The translations under genes and the position numbers were made by a program. Source: Haliotis rufescens (lineage: Eukaryota). Taken from it: DNA of 64,000 nucleotides. Of the stretch, positions 12,905-26,381 are shown piece after piece; positions within the stretch are counted from its first letter, which is position 1; each line of letters begins with the position of its first letter. The notes under the pieces are model-generated. The model worked only from the letters and a program-made list of their open reading frames with translations, was not told the DNA's origin and did not search any database. Location: NCBI RefSeq assembly GCF_023055435.1, contig NW_025963779.1:22444001-22508000 (forward strand). The letters are read 5' to 3'.

Positions 12905-15900
12905 TAATTCCACGATACTTGCTCTACTACAATGCAAAGTGATACTCAGTATACTATCTCTATTTCCAACATATTTGTTCGCGAGTCCGGTGATGGGCAA
13001 ATTGTGCAAAAACTCACGGACTTGACATATTCAAGAAAAATATGTCAATAATACATTTTTGAGATGCATGCATAGTGTGTCTATGCATCTCTGGTGTTTT
13101 GTGAAAGATAGTAGTGTCTGCCGGGCGATTATCTGTCTAGGAGTAGAGCAGATGTTGCAGAGCACAATAACACAGTGCTACCAACGACCAGCTGATGTAA
13201 CAAATAGTCCGGTCCGCATGTGATGTTATTTAATAAACATGTATTATATTAACAAACGGGTGATCTCTTCACGTGTAAGTAATAAAAAGGGCATACATAA
13301 TACGTAAATATTTTCTTCAGCAGGAGCCTAATGTTATTTAAAAATCAAATTATTCAACAAATATAGCTGAACAAATTTTTAATTTGTTGCAGCCTAATTG
13401 TCGACCTAGTATAACATAAGTTCTTCAGCACTGTGTTAAGACTTCTCAAGCTGACTTTGTGTTTAGAGATATGTCTAACTGACAACACATGACTTACTGG
13501 ATCAGTTGAACAGGTTAAGTCTGTTCCTGGGTACCTGATAATGTGGTATTGTGAAAATGAACATGGCTCTATCCAAGCATAAACCTGAGGTTAATTGTAG
13601 GACGGAGTGCTGAAGATAAAGTCAAGGGACTGTGAATCTAGGGCTATCTTCTTGTCAGTGTAAGATTGTCAGAAGATCTATGCATAGACGATCTGTATTA
13701 TGTAAACAAGACAAGACAAACTGCTAGATGGACCATGTCACAGTTAACACCGAGCCACATAACCACTAACATAGATTCACATAGCATGATACCCTTTCAA
13801 CACAACATAAACACGGCATGTGAGGACTGATCTCATTTGCTGTGCACATAAAATACCCAACTGAATAGTTGCATTAATCCTACACTGTTCATATACATTG
13901 CTTAGAAGGCAATAAAAGCTGGTTGCATGGAGAGATCGGAGTTCAACTGGAAACTTCTACACAGTCTGTAGCTCTCCTACTTTCTGACTGTCATTGTTGT
14001 TAAGCTTTGTATGTGGCTTTTCATGGACACTCTAATTGTCCTTGCAAGTGATTCAAAATGATATGGATGCCTCGCTAGCAAATCAAAAACGGTTTAGTTT
14101 CTTTCCGCATATCAAACGTTATTAAGTATGCAAATAGTGCCAAAGCACTGTAGCTCACCTGGCTATGTTGTCAACAGTTTGAAATGTAAACAAAGACAGC
14201 CAACAAAAGTCAGTATTGCTAACCAAAGATTTTGTGAATAATATTGACAACAGTAACCAAATTCAACAATTCTTCTTAATCTGCAAAAATAAATCATTCT
14301 CACCATGTATTTTATGAAAGTAACCATAATATTTTGTTGTTTTATACAGGTTTTTCCAGCATGTGTCCAACAACTTTCCTTATCTATTCAGAACCTCTAC
14401 AGTCATGGATAGAACGTGTTCTGCGCTGTCAGTAACGGCTCGTTCACACCAAGCCAACAATTGGTCAAAAGTAGAGAGATTCGGAGATTTTGCTAGTGAA
14501 GAATTTTGTGTCCAGCCATTCAGCTCTACACATATTTGAGTACAATTCAGTGAAACAATCACATTTGCCCTCGTAACAATTAACATTCTGAGTGAACTTA
14601 AATGTTAAGTAATAAAATTTCTAAGTTAACAATTGTCAATATACCAGTAGGTTTATTTATGAACACATATCAGTGAACTGAGTTAACTGTCGGCTCACCG
14701 ACAGCACCTGGCATGAATATGGAAACGTAAGGGGTCAGCCTCGTGTGAAGACGCCCCAGTAACACATATAGTGAATCAGGACTTAGGTCAAATTCAAGAT
14801 ATTCTGGCTAAGATAAGGGTCTGGGAAATGGTTCTGGCTCAAGTAATTGAACTTCATTCAAGCAAGAAGTTCTTCTTCTAGTATCTGGATGTTATCATAA
14901 TTGAAGAAAGTCAAATCATGTGCTAGATCATGCCACATTATAATACTGTCTAAACATCCATCCGAATGTTGAATAAAAAGATAAAATTATGAAAAGAATA
15001 CCTTTCCAACAATGTTTCCATTTAATTTCTCAGACTGCTATAGCTACAAAAAACATGAATGAAAAGTCTATATTTTAATCATATTGACAAGATAAATTGA
15101 GGGTTTATTCTGTCACATTTTTGACAGAGTTTTCAACAGACCATGCTTGAGGAACAAGTTGACCTAGACAAGAATCGCCTGATTAGATAGATCTATACAT
15201 AATTTACAAGCACACATCATCCTTAATAGTCATTCTCTATATTGAGTGGTCTAAACGCAGACAAGCTTGGAAGCAAGTCAAAATATGACAGCTTACCTGT
15301 GCAAGAAAACACTAGAAAAACAAGATGCAATTACGCTCAATGGAAAACAGTTTGCATAATACAAACATAATTAGTTTCAAATAGCTGTTTTTTCCCTAAT
15401 GTTATAGCTTCATCATTCTAACAGTTTACCAGACACTGATGTGATGTGTTTAATTTGAAATATTTAAGCTATTCAAGCTACAAACCACTGATAATGTATA
15501 ATGGAATATTTAGCAGTACATCAGCACACACAGTCAAGTCATGTTCATATATGCGCTGTAGTAGCAGCTCATGCAGAAAATGTGTAACGACAACGCCAGA
15601 TGTGTCAACACAAATAGAAATTATTATATGAGCATGTGTGTCATACTGATTTTACAAAACGGGTGTTAGAATGCTTGTATTTCCCAAGCGAGAGCGGGGG
15701 TAATACATGAATTCATACAAAATTTTGTGTCAAATTAGTATGACACACATGCAAGTATAATAATTTCTTTATTTCCCATTATTTCTTAATTCTTTTGAGC
15801 TCCTATTTAGAAAAATGCACTGATCACGAAAACCACAATTGTCAAATGACGTTTGTGACGTTGTTTCTCATGTGATGTCCTTCCGACCTTACATTAAAAT

Positions 15901-16214
15901 AAGATTTGAAGGATGTCAACAATGCCATATATGGGACATAAGCAATACACCGGTACGATTTTTTACACATACGATTTTTATGAACTTGGTTATTTCTAAC
16001 CTTATGGGTATGAAATGTAATTATGTAACAGGGAGCGGTATTTACATAAGCCTGTTTGGCCTGTTTACCAATCCCTTAAAGTTAATATGAATAAAATATG
16101 TTTAAACTAACAACCCCAGAGAATAACCAGTCTCGACTATCACGCCACAATAGATTACATTATGCATAAAAGGCAAAATAGCACTGAAATGGAATTCTTT
16201 ACCTATATGAAAGA

Positions 16215-16437
16215 AGTTGGTTGGTTGGTTGTTTAACGGTGCACTCAGCAATATTCCAGATATATGTCGGCGGTCTGTAAATAATCGAGTGTGGACCAGA
16301 CAATCCAGTGATTTTGTCATGAGCATCGATCCATGCAATTGGGATCGATGACATGCATCAACCAAGTCAGCGAGCCTGACCATCCGATCCCGTCAGTCGC
16401 CTTTTACGACAAGCATATTCGCCTTTTACGGCAAGCA
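16215..16437 (-). mobile_element. SINE-like family C copy
   Basis: Shared core ggaccagacaatccagtgat and (caac)n tail; at least six copies in the window. Confidence 0.85.
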
Positions 16438-17507
16438 ATATGGAAGAAGTAGTGAAAACAATGCCACATACTCAACAGCGCCATAATAGTGACAAAGTAA
16501 TCAATCTCCCAACACATTTCCAGATGATGCAGAGTGACAGGCAAAGAGTCCCAACAAATTCTCCCAGAAAGCAGGATAACTCACAGTAAATAAACATGAC
16601 AAAATTATTTCAATAATCATAAGACATAAAAGCAGAGGGCATTGTACAAATCCGACTTTATCATGAACATGTGTCCATAAATCACTCTCGAAAAGTAATG
16701 ATATCAGGTGTTTGCAAAAAGGTGAGCTTACACTTCCCCACCGGTGGCACCCATCACAAACACATGTAAAGGCACATCAATTGTACACCTGAAACAACAC
16801 AGGTAGAAGTCAGAACACAACATTGTATGTTATTTCATATAGAACATGTCCTAATCTTGTGGTTCCATTTTCTCTACAAGCATTCCCAAAAGCTTTTTAT
16901 TCTATCGCACTTTTAAATATGTTCCAGGAATTTGACGAAGATTGCTTAAACAAGTATTCAACAACGATTTTTTTTACTCTCATTGTGAATAAATAAAATA
17001 ACTTATAACAATAAAGGTTCTTATCTCACCTTACATTAAAATACTAGCTTCTGATTGGTTATGCCCGGGCAATTATTTTCCAAATAGCCCGCTTACGTGT
17101 CCCACTATGAAATCAGTCGGAACACACCATAGGTAACTAGCATATCTCGAACAAGTATCGTTGAGTTGCAATGAACCTATGTTTATCGAAATGCATTGGG
17201 TAATGGGAAGTAAGTTCGTTTGAGTCGTCTGCTACAAATTTTGCTAACTGAGGACACATATTCCGGACCTGTATGAAAGAATGTCAGTAAGATATATTTG
17301 TTGTCTACCAATCCCTCGGGCATATAGTGTGATCTACCCTGTGTGTGTCCCTTGCCATCACATAGGCCCACACTGGGAACATCAGGTACATATCCCTCGA
17401 GATCGATTGACAACACATAATATACCTATTTCATTCAATCAATTTGAAAGAGAAACTGACTGAACAATATAGGTACATATACCCTGTTTCTTTCAATCAA
17501 CATGAAA

Positions 17508-17722
17508 GAGTGAGTGAGTGAGTGAGTGAGTGAGTGAGTGAGTGAGTGAGTGAGTGAGTGAGTGAGTGAGTTTTGGTTTTACGCCGCTTTTAGCAATATT
17601 CCAGCAATATCACGGCGGGGGACACCAGAAATGGGCTTCACACATTGTACCCATGTCGGGAATCAACCTGGGTCTCGGCATGATGAGCGAACGCTTTAAC
17701 CACTAGGCTTCCCGACCTCCCC
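17508..17722 (-). mobile_element. SINE family B copy with expanded (actc)n tail
   Basis: Reverse complement of 27782-27950; TSD tcaacatgaaagag. Confidence 0.9.
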
Positions 17723-18748
17723 TCAACATGAAAGAGAGAGTGATTGAACAATATAGGTACATATACCCTGTTTCATTCAATCAACATGAAAGAGACACTG
17801 CCTGCACAATATAGGTACATATACCCTGTTTCATTCAATCAACATGAAAGAGACACTGATTGAACAATATAGGTACATATACCCTGTTTTATTCAATCAA
17901 CATGAAAGAGACACTGATTGAACAATATAGGTACATATACCCTGTTTTATTCAATCAACATGAAAGAGACACTGATTGAACAATATAGGTACATATACCC
18001 TGTTTTATTCAATCAACATGAAAGAGACACTGATTGAACAATATAGGTACATATACCCTGTTTCATTCAATCAACATGAAAGAGACACTGATTGAACAAT
18101 ATAGGTACATATACCCTGTTTTATTCAATCAACATGAAAGAGACACTGATTGAACAATATAGGTACATATACCCTGTTTTATTCAATCAACATGAAAGAG
18201 ACACTGATTGAACAATATAGGTACATATACCCTGTTTTATTCAATCAACATGAAAGAGACACTGATTGAACAATATAGGTACATATACCCTGTTTCATTC
18301 AATCAACATGAAAGAGACACTGATTGAACAATATAGGTACATATACCCTGTTTTATTCAATCAACATGAAAGAGACACTGATTGAACAATATAGGTACAT
18401 ATACCCTGTTTTATTCAATCAACATGAAAGAGACACTGATTGAACAATATAGGTACATATACCCTGTTTCATTCAATCAACATGAAAGAGACACTGATTG
18501 AACAATATAGGTACATATACCCTGTTTCATTCAATCAACATGAAAGAGACACTGACTGAACAATATAGGTACATATACCCTGTTTCATTCAATCAACATG
18601 AAAGAGACACTGACTGAACAATATAGGTACATATACCCTGTTTCATTCAATCAACATGAAAGAGACACTGACTGAACAATATAGGTACATATACCCTGTT
18701 TTATTCAATCAACATGAAAGAGACACTGACTGAACAATATAGGTACAT

Positions 18749-18997
18749 GAGTGACTGAGTGAGTGAGTGAGTTGGGTTTAAAGCCGCTTTTAAAGTGGTG
18801 CCCAAAGTGGTGCCCGAAGTGGTGCAGGTTTCAGATGTTAATCACTTCGGTGAAACCCACGAGCATGGGTATGGTGCGGACAAACCTAGAAACATAATCG
18901 GGGCGAACAGGGATTCGAACCCACAATCATTATACTAAGGTTTCTGGCGTGCAACTCCTTACGCGGCACCTTAGACGACAGGGCCACCCGTGCCCCC
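18749..18997 (-). mobile_element. SINE family A copy, internally deleted
   Basis: Reverse complement of family A, flanked by a duplicated part of the 58-bp unit. Confidence 0.88.
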
Positions 18998-19789
18998 AGA
19001 CACTGACTGAACAATATAGGAACATATACCTTGTTTCATTCAATCAACATGAAAGAGACATGTAAACTAATCAATCTTCTGGTTGCTGGGATAATACATC
19101 TGCTTGCATATGCACGTGAGTGACATGACTAAGTCATATGAACATCATGTCATCATTGGACAAAATGTTTCCTCGGGGACCATGGTAACTGCCTTTGAAA
19201 CAAGGCCCCTATGACATCAGTGTCTCTCCACAGTGTGATCTGTGGATAGTGCTGATATGGCTACAAGGATTACCTCCCTTGTACTGCACTGAAATCACAT
19301 CTGAAACATGTCCCCCAAATCAACATTTACCAAAGCAACTAAATTCAGAGATTGTTGTACACATAAAGGTTGAGTTTACAAATCATCTTACATGTGGCAA
19401 AGAAACAAATGAAAACAATGATCCTTTTATGATCAGATTTATTTGATCTACAGCCAGGATCATACAATGATAACGATACAAAAACAACATTGAAAGTGTG
19501 AAATTTAGAATGTCAAAATGCAAATTTTTGTTTATTTTTCTATTAATTTATGTGTGTAAAATAATCCTGGCATGGGATAATTAAGAGTTAAACCCACACA
19601 ATTAAAACTGTGAGCTTACATTTAAGGCTCTTGTAAGTCTTTTGTAAAAATCCACTGCATGGATTCACACAGTTTTCTGGTTTTCAATTCATACCTAAAA
19701 TATATACACAGTCGAACTTAATTAAATTTTTACAACAAAAACAAAAGTTATCGACAAAAGTATGACAAACATATAAATCAAAACAGGCG

Positions 19790-19852
19790 GAGACGATGGG
19801 ATCAACAAATATTCATGGGAAGGAATGCAGCTTGTGGCATTACTGGAAGCAG
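19790..19852 (+). other. Candidate upstream exon of paralogue A (5' UTR or short N-terminal extension)
   Basis: Perfect donor CAG|GTAAGT at 19852/19853. Splicing to the acceptor at 23940 would put ATG 19825 (MQLVALLEA-AST) in frame with ATG 23949. The start coordinate is approximate. Confidence 0.35.
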
Positions 19853-20340
19853 GTAAGTGCTAAATTTATTACATATAAACTGGCACGCCTCACTTGCTTC
19901 CCACTTCTTTCAGCATACACTATATTATAATTTCAGGATAACAACTTTACAGTTACATGCATTGGATCACTATCACAACATATTTTATGTGGATTCTGTG
20001 ATGCATGCTTTGAGGTTTTGAAGTGTTATTTGAATGGCTTAACAAATCAAATGACAATGTTTCAACTTAAAGCAGATTATTTATTTGAAACAGATCAACT
20101 CTTGAACATCATTTAGTCCAGTACAATAATCTTTGCTTTTTAAGACTGAATCCAACCAACTGTAAATTGTTGATTGTCATATATATGATCTTAGCCTACA
20201 ATCACTTGGTGCAAGTGGATGGCAATTGTGGCCCAAACCTAAGATCGCGATCTTATGGATTTACAATAATTGCAGCAACAGGGTCGGTTTAAACAAGTGG
20301 GTCTAGGAAGAAGTCAACAAGGGATCCCTCAACTTGCATT

Positions 20341-20570
20341 GTTAGCTTGCTTATTGTTTAACGACACACTCAGCAATATTCCACCTATATGATGGCAGTC
20401 TGTAAATAATCGAGTCTGGACCAGACAATCCAGTGATTGATATCATGAGCAACCAATTCAGCAAGCCCGATCCTGTTAGTCGCCTCTTATGACAAGCATA
20501 GTCGCCATTTACGGCAAGCATCAAGCATGGGTTGCTGAAGATCTATTCCACCCCGGATCTTCATGGGTCC
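20341..20570 (-). mobile_element. SINE-like family C copy
   Basis: Collinear with 16215-16437 and 44217-44461. Confidence 0.85.
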
Positions 20571-21758
20571 AACTTGCATTGGGATTCCCCGACATTCCAT
20601 TGTGATGAGAGTATTCCATCTTGGTGGGCATGACTTATGTTTTACATTCATTGAGAAATGATGGCAATAGATATTGAACACTAATAATTTATTATTCACC
20701 AGTGATGCACAAACTTGTGGTCTAATCTAGATTCAAACTACAAGAGAAACAATCAGACTGCAACATTCTATAGAAATAACAAAATAATAACGTCTAAATC
20801 CGTATTCATATTAGACTTACACTTTTAACTCAAGGAGTATAAAATACATATGTTCCAGTTAGCAAATTGTGAGGATTGTTTGACAATTTCAAGGACATGT
20901 TATGTGTCTTGTACCTACCCCTACTTCACACACAATATAGAATATTTCACACTTCATCGAACCCAGTTGTCAACTTGGTAAGGCCCCTGTACATAATCCT
21001 CTACAGATATATCCATCAACACAAAGCCAGGCCCAACACGATAGAGTCAAGTACCAGTAACAAGTTGGGTATTATAGATCACAGGTATAGAGGCACTGTT
21101 ATAAAATAATATCATACTAAGTAATAATGCCCTCATTCTAGCACCAGCAATTACATATTACCGGAGCTATGTGTTATACTTTTTTAAGTAAGTCTAGTAT
21201 TGGCTAAACTGCACTGTGGTTATCATCACTAAGTTGATCTGAACAAACATCAAGGCAGATACTATGTGAAAATCAGTGAAGTAACTGATCTATAAAGAGA
21301 CAAACTGATTAAGACTTTAGAAATATTATATTATTATCAAAGATAAAACAATCACACGCAATCATTTCTGTCGTGTGAACACTAGAAACTAAATGCCAAT
21401 GTCATAACTGATATAAGACCAGCTTTGATCTGTGAGATAACGCTTGGGTGAGATCACAATGATATTGCATGACAGTGCTTTGCAGACCATTGGTTACCAT
21501 GACATCACAATCAAATGACATCACTAATCTCTCTGACACGTTTTACACTCAAGACACTAGTATTTACTGTTTACAAATTTAAAAAGTTCAAATTATGATT
21601 TGGATGTTAAATGGAATCTTTTTTTGTCATTCGTCAATAAAAATTCAAAACTCTTCAGCAAAACATTTATTCAAAACATTTATCGACTCGTTTGGATATA
21701 TTTGATGTCAAAAGACATTTGGGTGAGATTCTCTATGTATCATAGCAACCTTTAACTA

Positions 21759-22105
21759 CCGTATTCAACGTAATAAGCGCCCAGGGCGTTCTCAAAATTA
21801 GAAATAGGGAGCTCTTATTAGAAAATTATTTTGGTGAAAAAAAAAACAGAGTTGAAAGATAAATTTCATGGTTTATGCTGACAGCCTGATATGTTTATAT
21901 ACGACAAATATATTTTTCCAGAATTTAATTGCCCACAATTAAGGGTGCATATAACACACAAGTGCGTATTATATGCGCATAAATATGTCTTTTGTACATT
22001 GATTGATAGGATGGGGTGCTAATTGGGATTGTTCACTAGCCAAAATATTAGCAAATATCGCCATGGGTGCTTATTAGAGTGGGGCGCTTATTACGTCGAA
22101 TACAG
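21759..22105. mobile_element. Tc1/mariner-pogo-type MITE
   Basis: TIRs ccgtattcaacgtaataagcgccc / gggcgcttattacgtcgaatacag, preceded by TA. A related inverted copy lies at 49749-49974. Confidence 0.75.
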
Positions 22106-23531
22106 CAGTTCTATCTTGGACAGGAAACAAGAGGTTGATAGCATGAGCAATGGCTCACACTATCAGAGCATAATGAAACACAATCACAAGTACACATTTG
22201 TATCAGCTCTAGGTATATGTACTGGAGACATAATGTATTCCAGACTCCCCAATTAATCTGAGCCACAGTCCTATTTCACTGTAAAAAAAAAAAATATGAC
22301 AGATATTGAGTTATGGTTTGTGTTTTCCACTCTGACACCTTGCTTATTCATTAACATTCTTCTAGTGTCTGCACACCCTAGTACAGACTATAACATGGTA
22401 GAGGTATATGACTCCATTAATCAGGCCAAAATCTGTCATACATGACTTAATCTTAAACAGGCATAACAAGGCCTCATTCAAGCCACTACACTAACTACAT
22501 GTCTACCTGGATCATTTGCTGGTTACCCTCTTAGACAATTGTCTGCTACACAAGTCAAAGTCAAGCTTATGTGGTTGTTCAAGGCTGGATATTGAATGCA
22601 GTCCCTCGTTCTCAATCAGACAACATGGTCATGCGAGTTGGGAACATATGATTGGTAATCTGTTGTTACCAATGGTGTTACTTAGCATATTTCGTCAGCT
22701 ATGAGATTACTCGATGTATACAGTGTGGGAAGATACAATACAGATATCAAAACATTGACCATGTCAACTGGGGGGCTTCTTGATGAGCATGGAGAATGAC
22801 AACTAAATTCTTTGTATTCGAAAAAGTCTGTGATATTTCCTTGAAAGGTGGAGACATCAGTAACGGATAATTAATCTGCAACGATACAGATGGATACAGT
22901 GTTCTAGACACCAAGGTAATGTTGCTGTACGAGATGGAGTTTATTGTCATACTTCTAATCTGTTCAGGAAGAATTTTGATTGAAATTACATACATGTTTG
23001 GAAACATTTTTGACAGTTTTGTTAATATTCTCATAACATATCAAAACACTTTACATATTAATAAATGGATTAATTTATAAATGTATTTGTATGATAATAC
23101 CTCAAAATATTGTGTTGGGATTTTGTTAAAACATCAACAGTTGATCATTGTTTTGAAAAAGTAATTGATCAATCAATGATAAATCATGAATGAGGATAGT
23201 GAAATCATCAATTTTGAGAATTCTTTCTTTCATGGAATGACAAGAAATAAATTTTCAAACTTTTACATGATATTTACTATACTCTTTAAAAACAAACACC
23301 TTTAGCAGCAAACAACAACAGCCCTTTTACTAAATATTACTTTTTAAATAAACTGATATTACTAAAATATTATTCATCATCGATTCCATGAACAATTAAT
23401 TGGTTGGAAACTGAATCCAATCAATCCTCGATTAAAGTTATTAATTGAACAACACTGCAACAAAACCCTCTAAAAAATCATTGGAAATATCTGCTGAAAG
23501 CAGAGTCTATTGTGTGAATCTGTTTGTAAAA

Positions 23532-23886
23532 GGTGAGGTGAAATGGGGTTTAACGTCGCGTCCAAGATTATTGCACTTATATGGCGACATGCATGCACGT
23601 GTGTGTGTGTTTGTGTGGCTGCTTGTACTAGTCCGGACTTATGCCGATTAATAGTGCTAGCACACTGAGATACCATGCTGCAGTTTAACATGAATACCCC
23701 ACTCAGACACAGTATACTGACTCCGACCGACCGACCAGTCCTTGTTTTAGCCCCTTAATGCCGTGCGCCAGACAGGGTAACAACAAGTACGATCTTTTAA
23801 CGTCTTTTGGTATGACGCGGCCGGGGATCGAACCCCTGACCTTCCGCTCTCCGGGCGGACGCTCTACCGCTAGACCACGGAGGTGG
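23532..23886 (-). mobile_element. SINE family D copy
   Basis: tRNA-like head on the minus strand (gtggtctagcggtagag...ggttcgatccc); TSD tgtttgtaaaa. Confidence 0.88.
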
Positions 23887-23948
23887 TCTGTGTTTGTAAA
23901 AACAATCTAACTAAACTCTGTGCCCTTGCTTCTTCTCCAGCCAGCACA

Positions 23949-26381
23949 ATGGATGAGTGTCAGCGGTCAGTCTTACAGCGCCACTTCAAGCAGCTGGCCA
24001 GTGACCTCATGTTGTCGGAGGACCTGCTGGGGGACTTGTATCAGCAGCACATCTTTGACAGGAACATGATCGACATCATCAGGGTGAGAATATTGTGTCA
24101 CATATCTTATTTCCAACATGCAAGCTTGTATTTTTCAGAATGTAAGCCATAAATCAGAGGTGAACCTAAGTTAAACATAACAAATCTGCCAAGACATAAC
24201 ACTGAAGAAGCAGAAGTGACTGAGAGAATATTGTTTTGCACAGTCAACAATGCATAATTATATAACAGTTGCCTAACACACTGGACCTGAAAAACATGTG
24301 GTTAACACAAATACTGATCTATGCCAACAGTATATTATGTATTACACTTGCATCCAGAGCAGATAATTTCATAAGCATTATCATGAATTGATGACATTAT
24401 ACTAATCCGTAGCATGACTTGACGGTCATAATATCCATGTTCATCAGCCATCAATCTAAGCATGATATGGTGATCAAAGTTGTCCCAACTTAAGGTTCCA
24501 TGCGAGAAAAAAGTAACTAAGAATGAATATTGATTCAATCTTTGTATTATTTAAGGCATAGTCATGGACTATGAGATGTGATTGAGCTATTATCTGTGTT
24601 TCTCTATAGAGCCAAGCTACAGACAGCGACAGGGTGTACAAGATGCTAGAAATGCTTCCTAAACGTGGACCATCTGCTTTTGACACTTTCATCAACATCA
24701 TCCAGGACAGCTACCCATGGCTAGCCGCCATGCTGGATTCTAGCTACTTGGCCGCAAAGAGCAAACACCAGCCGAGTTCAGGTGGACAGCATTGCAAGCT
24801 GGAGAGGCTGTTCACCGTCACAGGTAAGTCAGGGAACAAGGGAAACAACTCTTTACAGCATAGCTTAAACAGTTTGTAGCCATTGAGACTACTCTTTACA
24901 AAATAAGGTTGGATCACATTTCAAGAATCAGCACAGCACAAAATGTTTTAATTCTAAACTCCTTACGATTATTTTAAGATCAGTCCTTAGTTGGTTTCAT
25001 GGATTTGTTCTTCGCCTCTTTAGCTAACTATTAATAATAGCTAATTATGGTATTTATGAACATGTGCAAACATTATCAGCGCATCACTTTCTTCACTATC
25101 CTAGAACTACCTATATCACTATGGAGAATATCAAAGAAGAACTATCAATATTCATGGGAATGGGGGAACAGGTGATCACTTATAGATAAAGTGAATTGCC
25201 AGGTGAAGGCAAATATTCCTTATAAATAATGAATGTGATCAAGAAATACTTCTGTCACTACTTTTCAGTAAAGCTAATTGCATTTGTATAAATAGCAAAC
25301 ATTGTCTTGATAAAAAATCCCAGACCAGTGTGTGTTAATTATTTGCAGATTGAAAAAGAATAATACCCATATGACAATAAATGTATTCTTCTTTATTTCA
25401 GACGCACCTCAACATCAAGATAAACCAGACTGTGACATAAGGAAAAGAGTTGGGACATTTGTCCACAAGCAGTTCGGTCAGAGTAAGAGGGTCTCCCAAA
25501 ATGATAAAAAGGCAGTGGAAAGGTTTCTCAATGAACAGCTGAATGATGAAAGGATTCGACTTCAGTCTCTGGCAGAGAAAGCAGAATCTCTCCCAGACAC
25601 AGAAACCGAATCTGTGGTCTCTCAGGTTAGTGATGTTCAGCAAAAACTGTTTGAAATCCATGTCATTCTAGAGCCATACCTCCAGGGCAAGGCACTTAAA
25701 GAATTCAACAACCTCCTTCCAGAAGACATGACCTTTGAAATCATCCAAAAAGAAATCAGATCGGTTTTGGAAAATCTGAATAGAGCTGAGAAAGAACTCA
25801 CTGAATGTTCTAAGCTGCCTGGGCTTCATGGGGATGAGGAGGACAAATTGCCATTGTGCAGTTACATAGAGAAGTTGATAGAAAAAGTTGAGGATCAGCA
25901 AGAGAAGCTTCAAAGTCAGGAAACTAGACTGACAGAACTGCAAGGAGAACTGAATGAATACTCCATCCATATCGACAAACTAGAATCTGAAAGAGAAACT
26001 TCTAGGAGTAAGATACAACTTCTATCCAAGGAAGTGTCTCAGGTCAGACATGACAAATTCAAGTTGGAGGAGAGAAACGCCCAACTTGAAAAGATTCATC
26101 AACAACATCTTGAAAAGGAAAAGACTCTAGAGAATCTGAAATCAGTTGTGAGAGAACTGCAGGCATCAAAGACTTGCAATAGCAGTGGTAACATAGATGA
26201 CAGTCAGAATGTCCGATCACGGGAGGTAAATGGACTTCGGAGCAGTATAATAAGACGTACCTTCAGGACAACGGGGGAAAGGTTTGGAAGGACAACACCA
26301 AAACCCATCCATAATTACCAGCTGGCCAGAACTAGATACACGGTCAGGAATACAACCAAGAAGAAGGCAAATTTACCATGA
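23949..26381 (+). CDS. CARD-coiled-coil protein, paralogue A (442 aa); exons 23949-24083, 24610-24823, 25402-26381
   Basis: Canonical GT-AG introns in phase 0 and phase 1 splice into one open frame. The CARD reads MDECQRSVLQRHFKQLASDL...IDIIR|SQATDSDRVYKMLEMLPKRGPSAFDTFINIIQDSYPWL (caspase-2/RAIDD-type LPKRGP motif). It is followed by a long coiled coil and an R/T-rich tail. Confidence 0.9.

Larger units (their letters stand above)
17425..19060. repeat. 58-bp minisatellite (about 20 units) interrupted by two SINEs
   Basis: Unit tcaatcaacatgaaagagacactgattgaacaatataggtacatataccctgttttat; near-identical copies from 17723 to 18748. Confidence 0.95.

Noticed and set aside
17723-18748. CRISPR-like array
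   Set aside because: The 58-bp units are contiguous with no unique spacers, there are no cas genes, and the context is eukaryotic.
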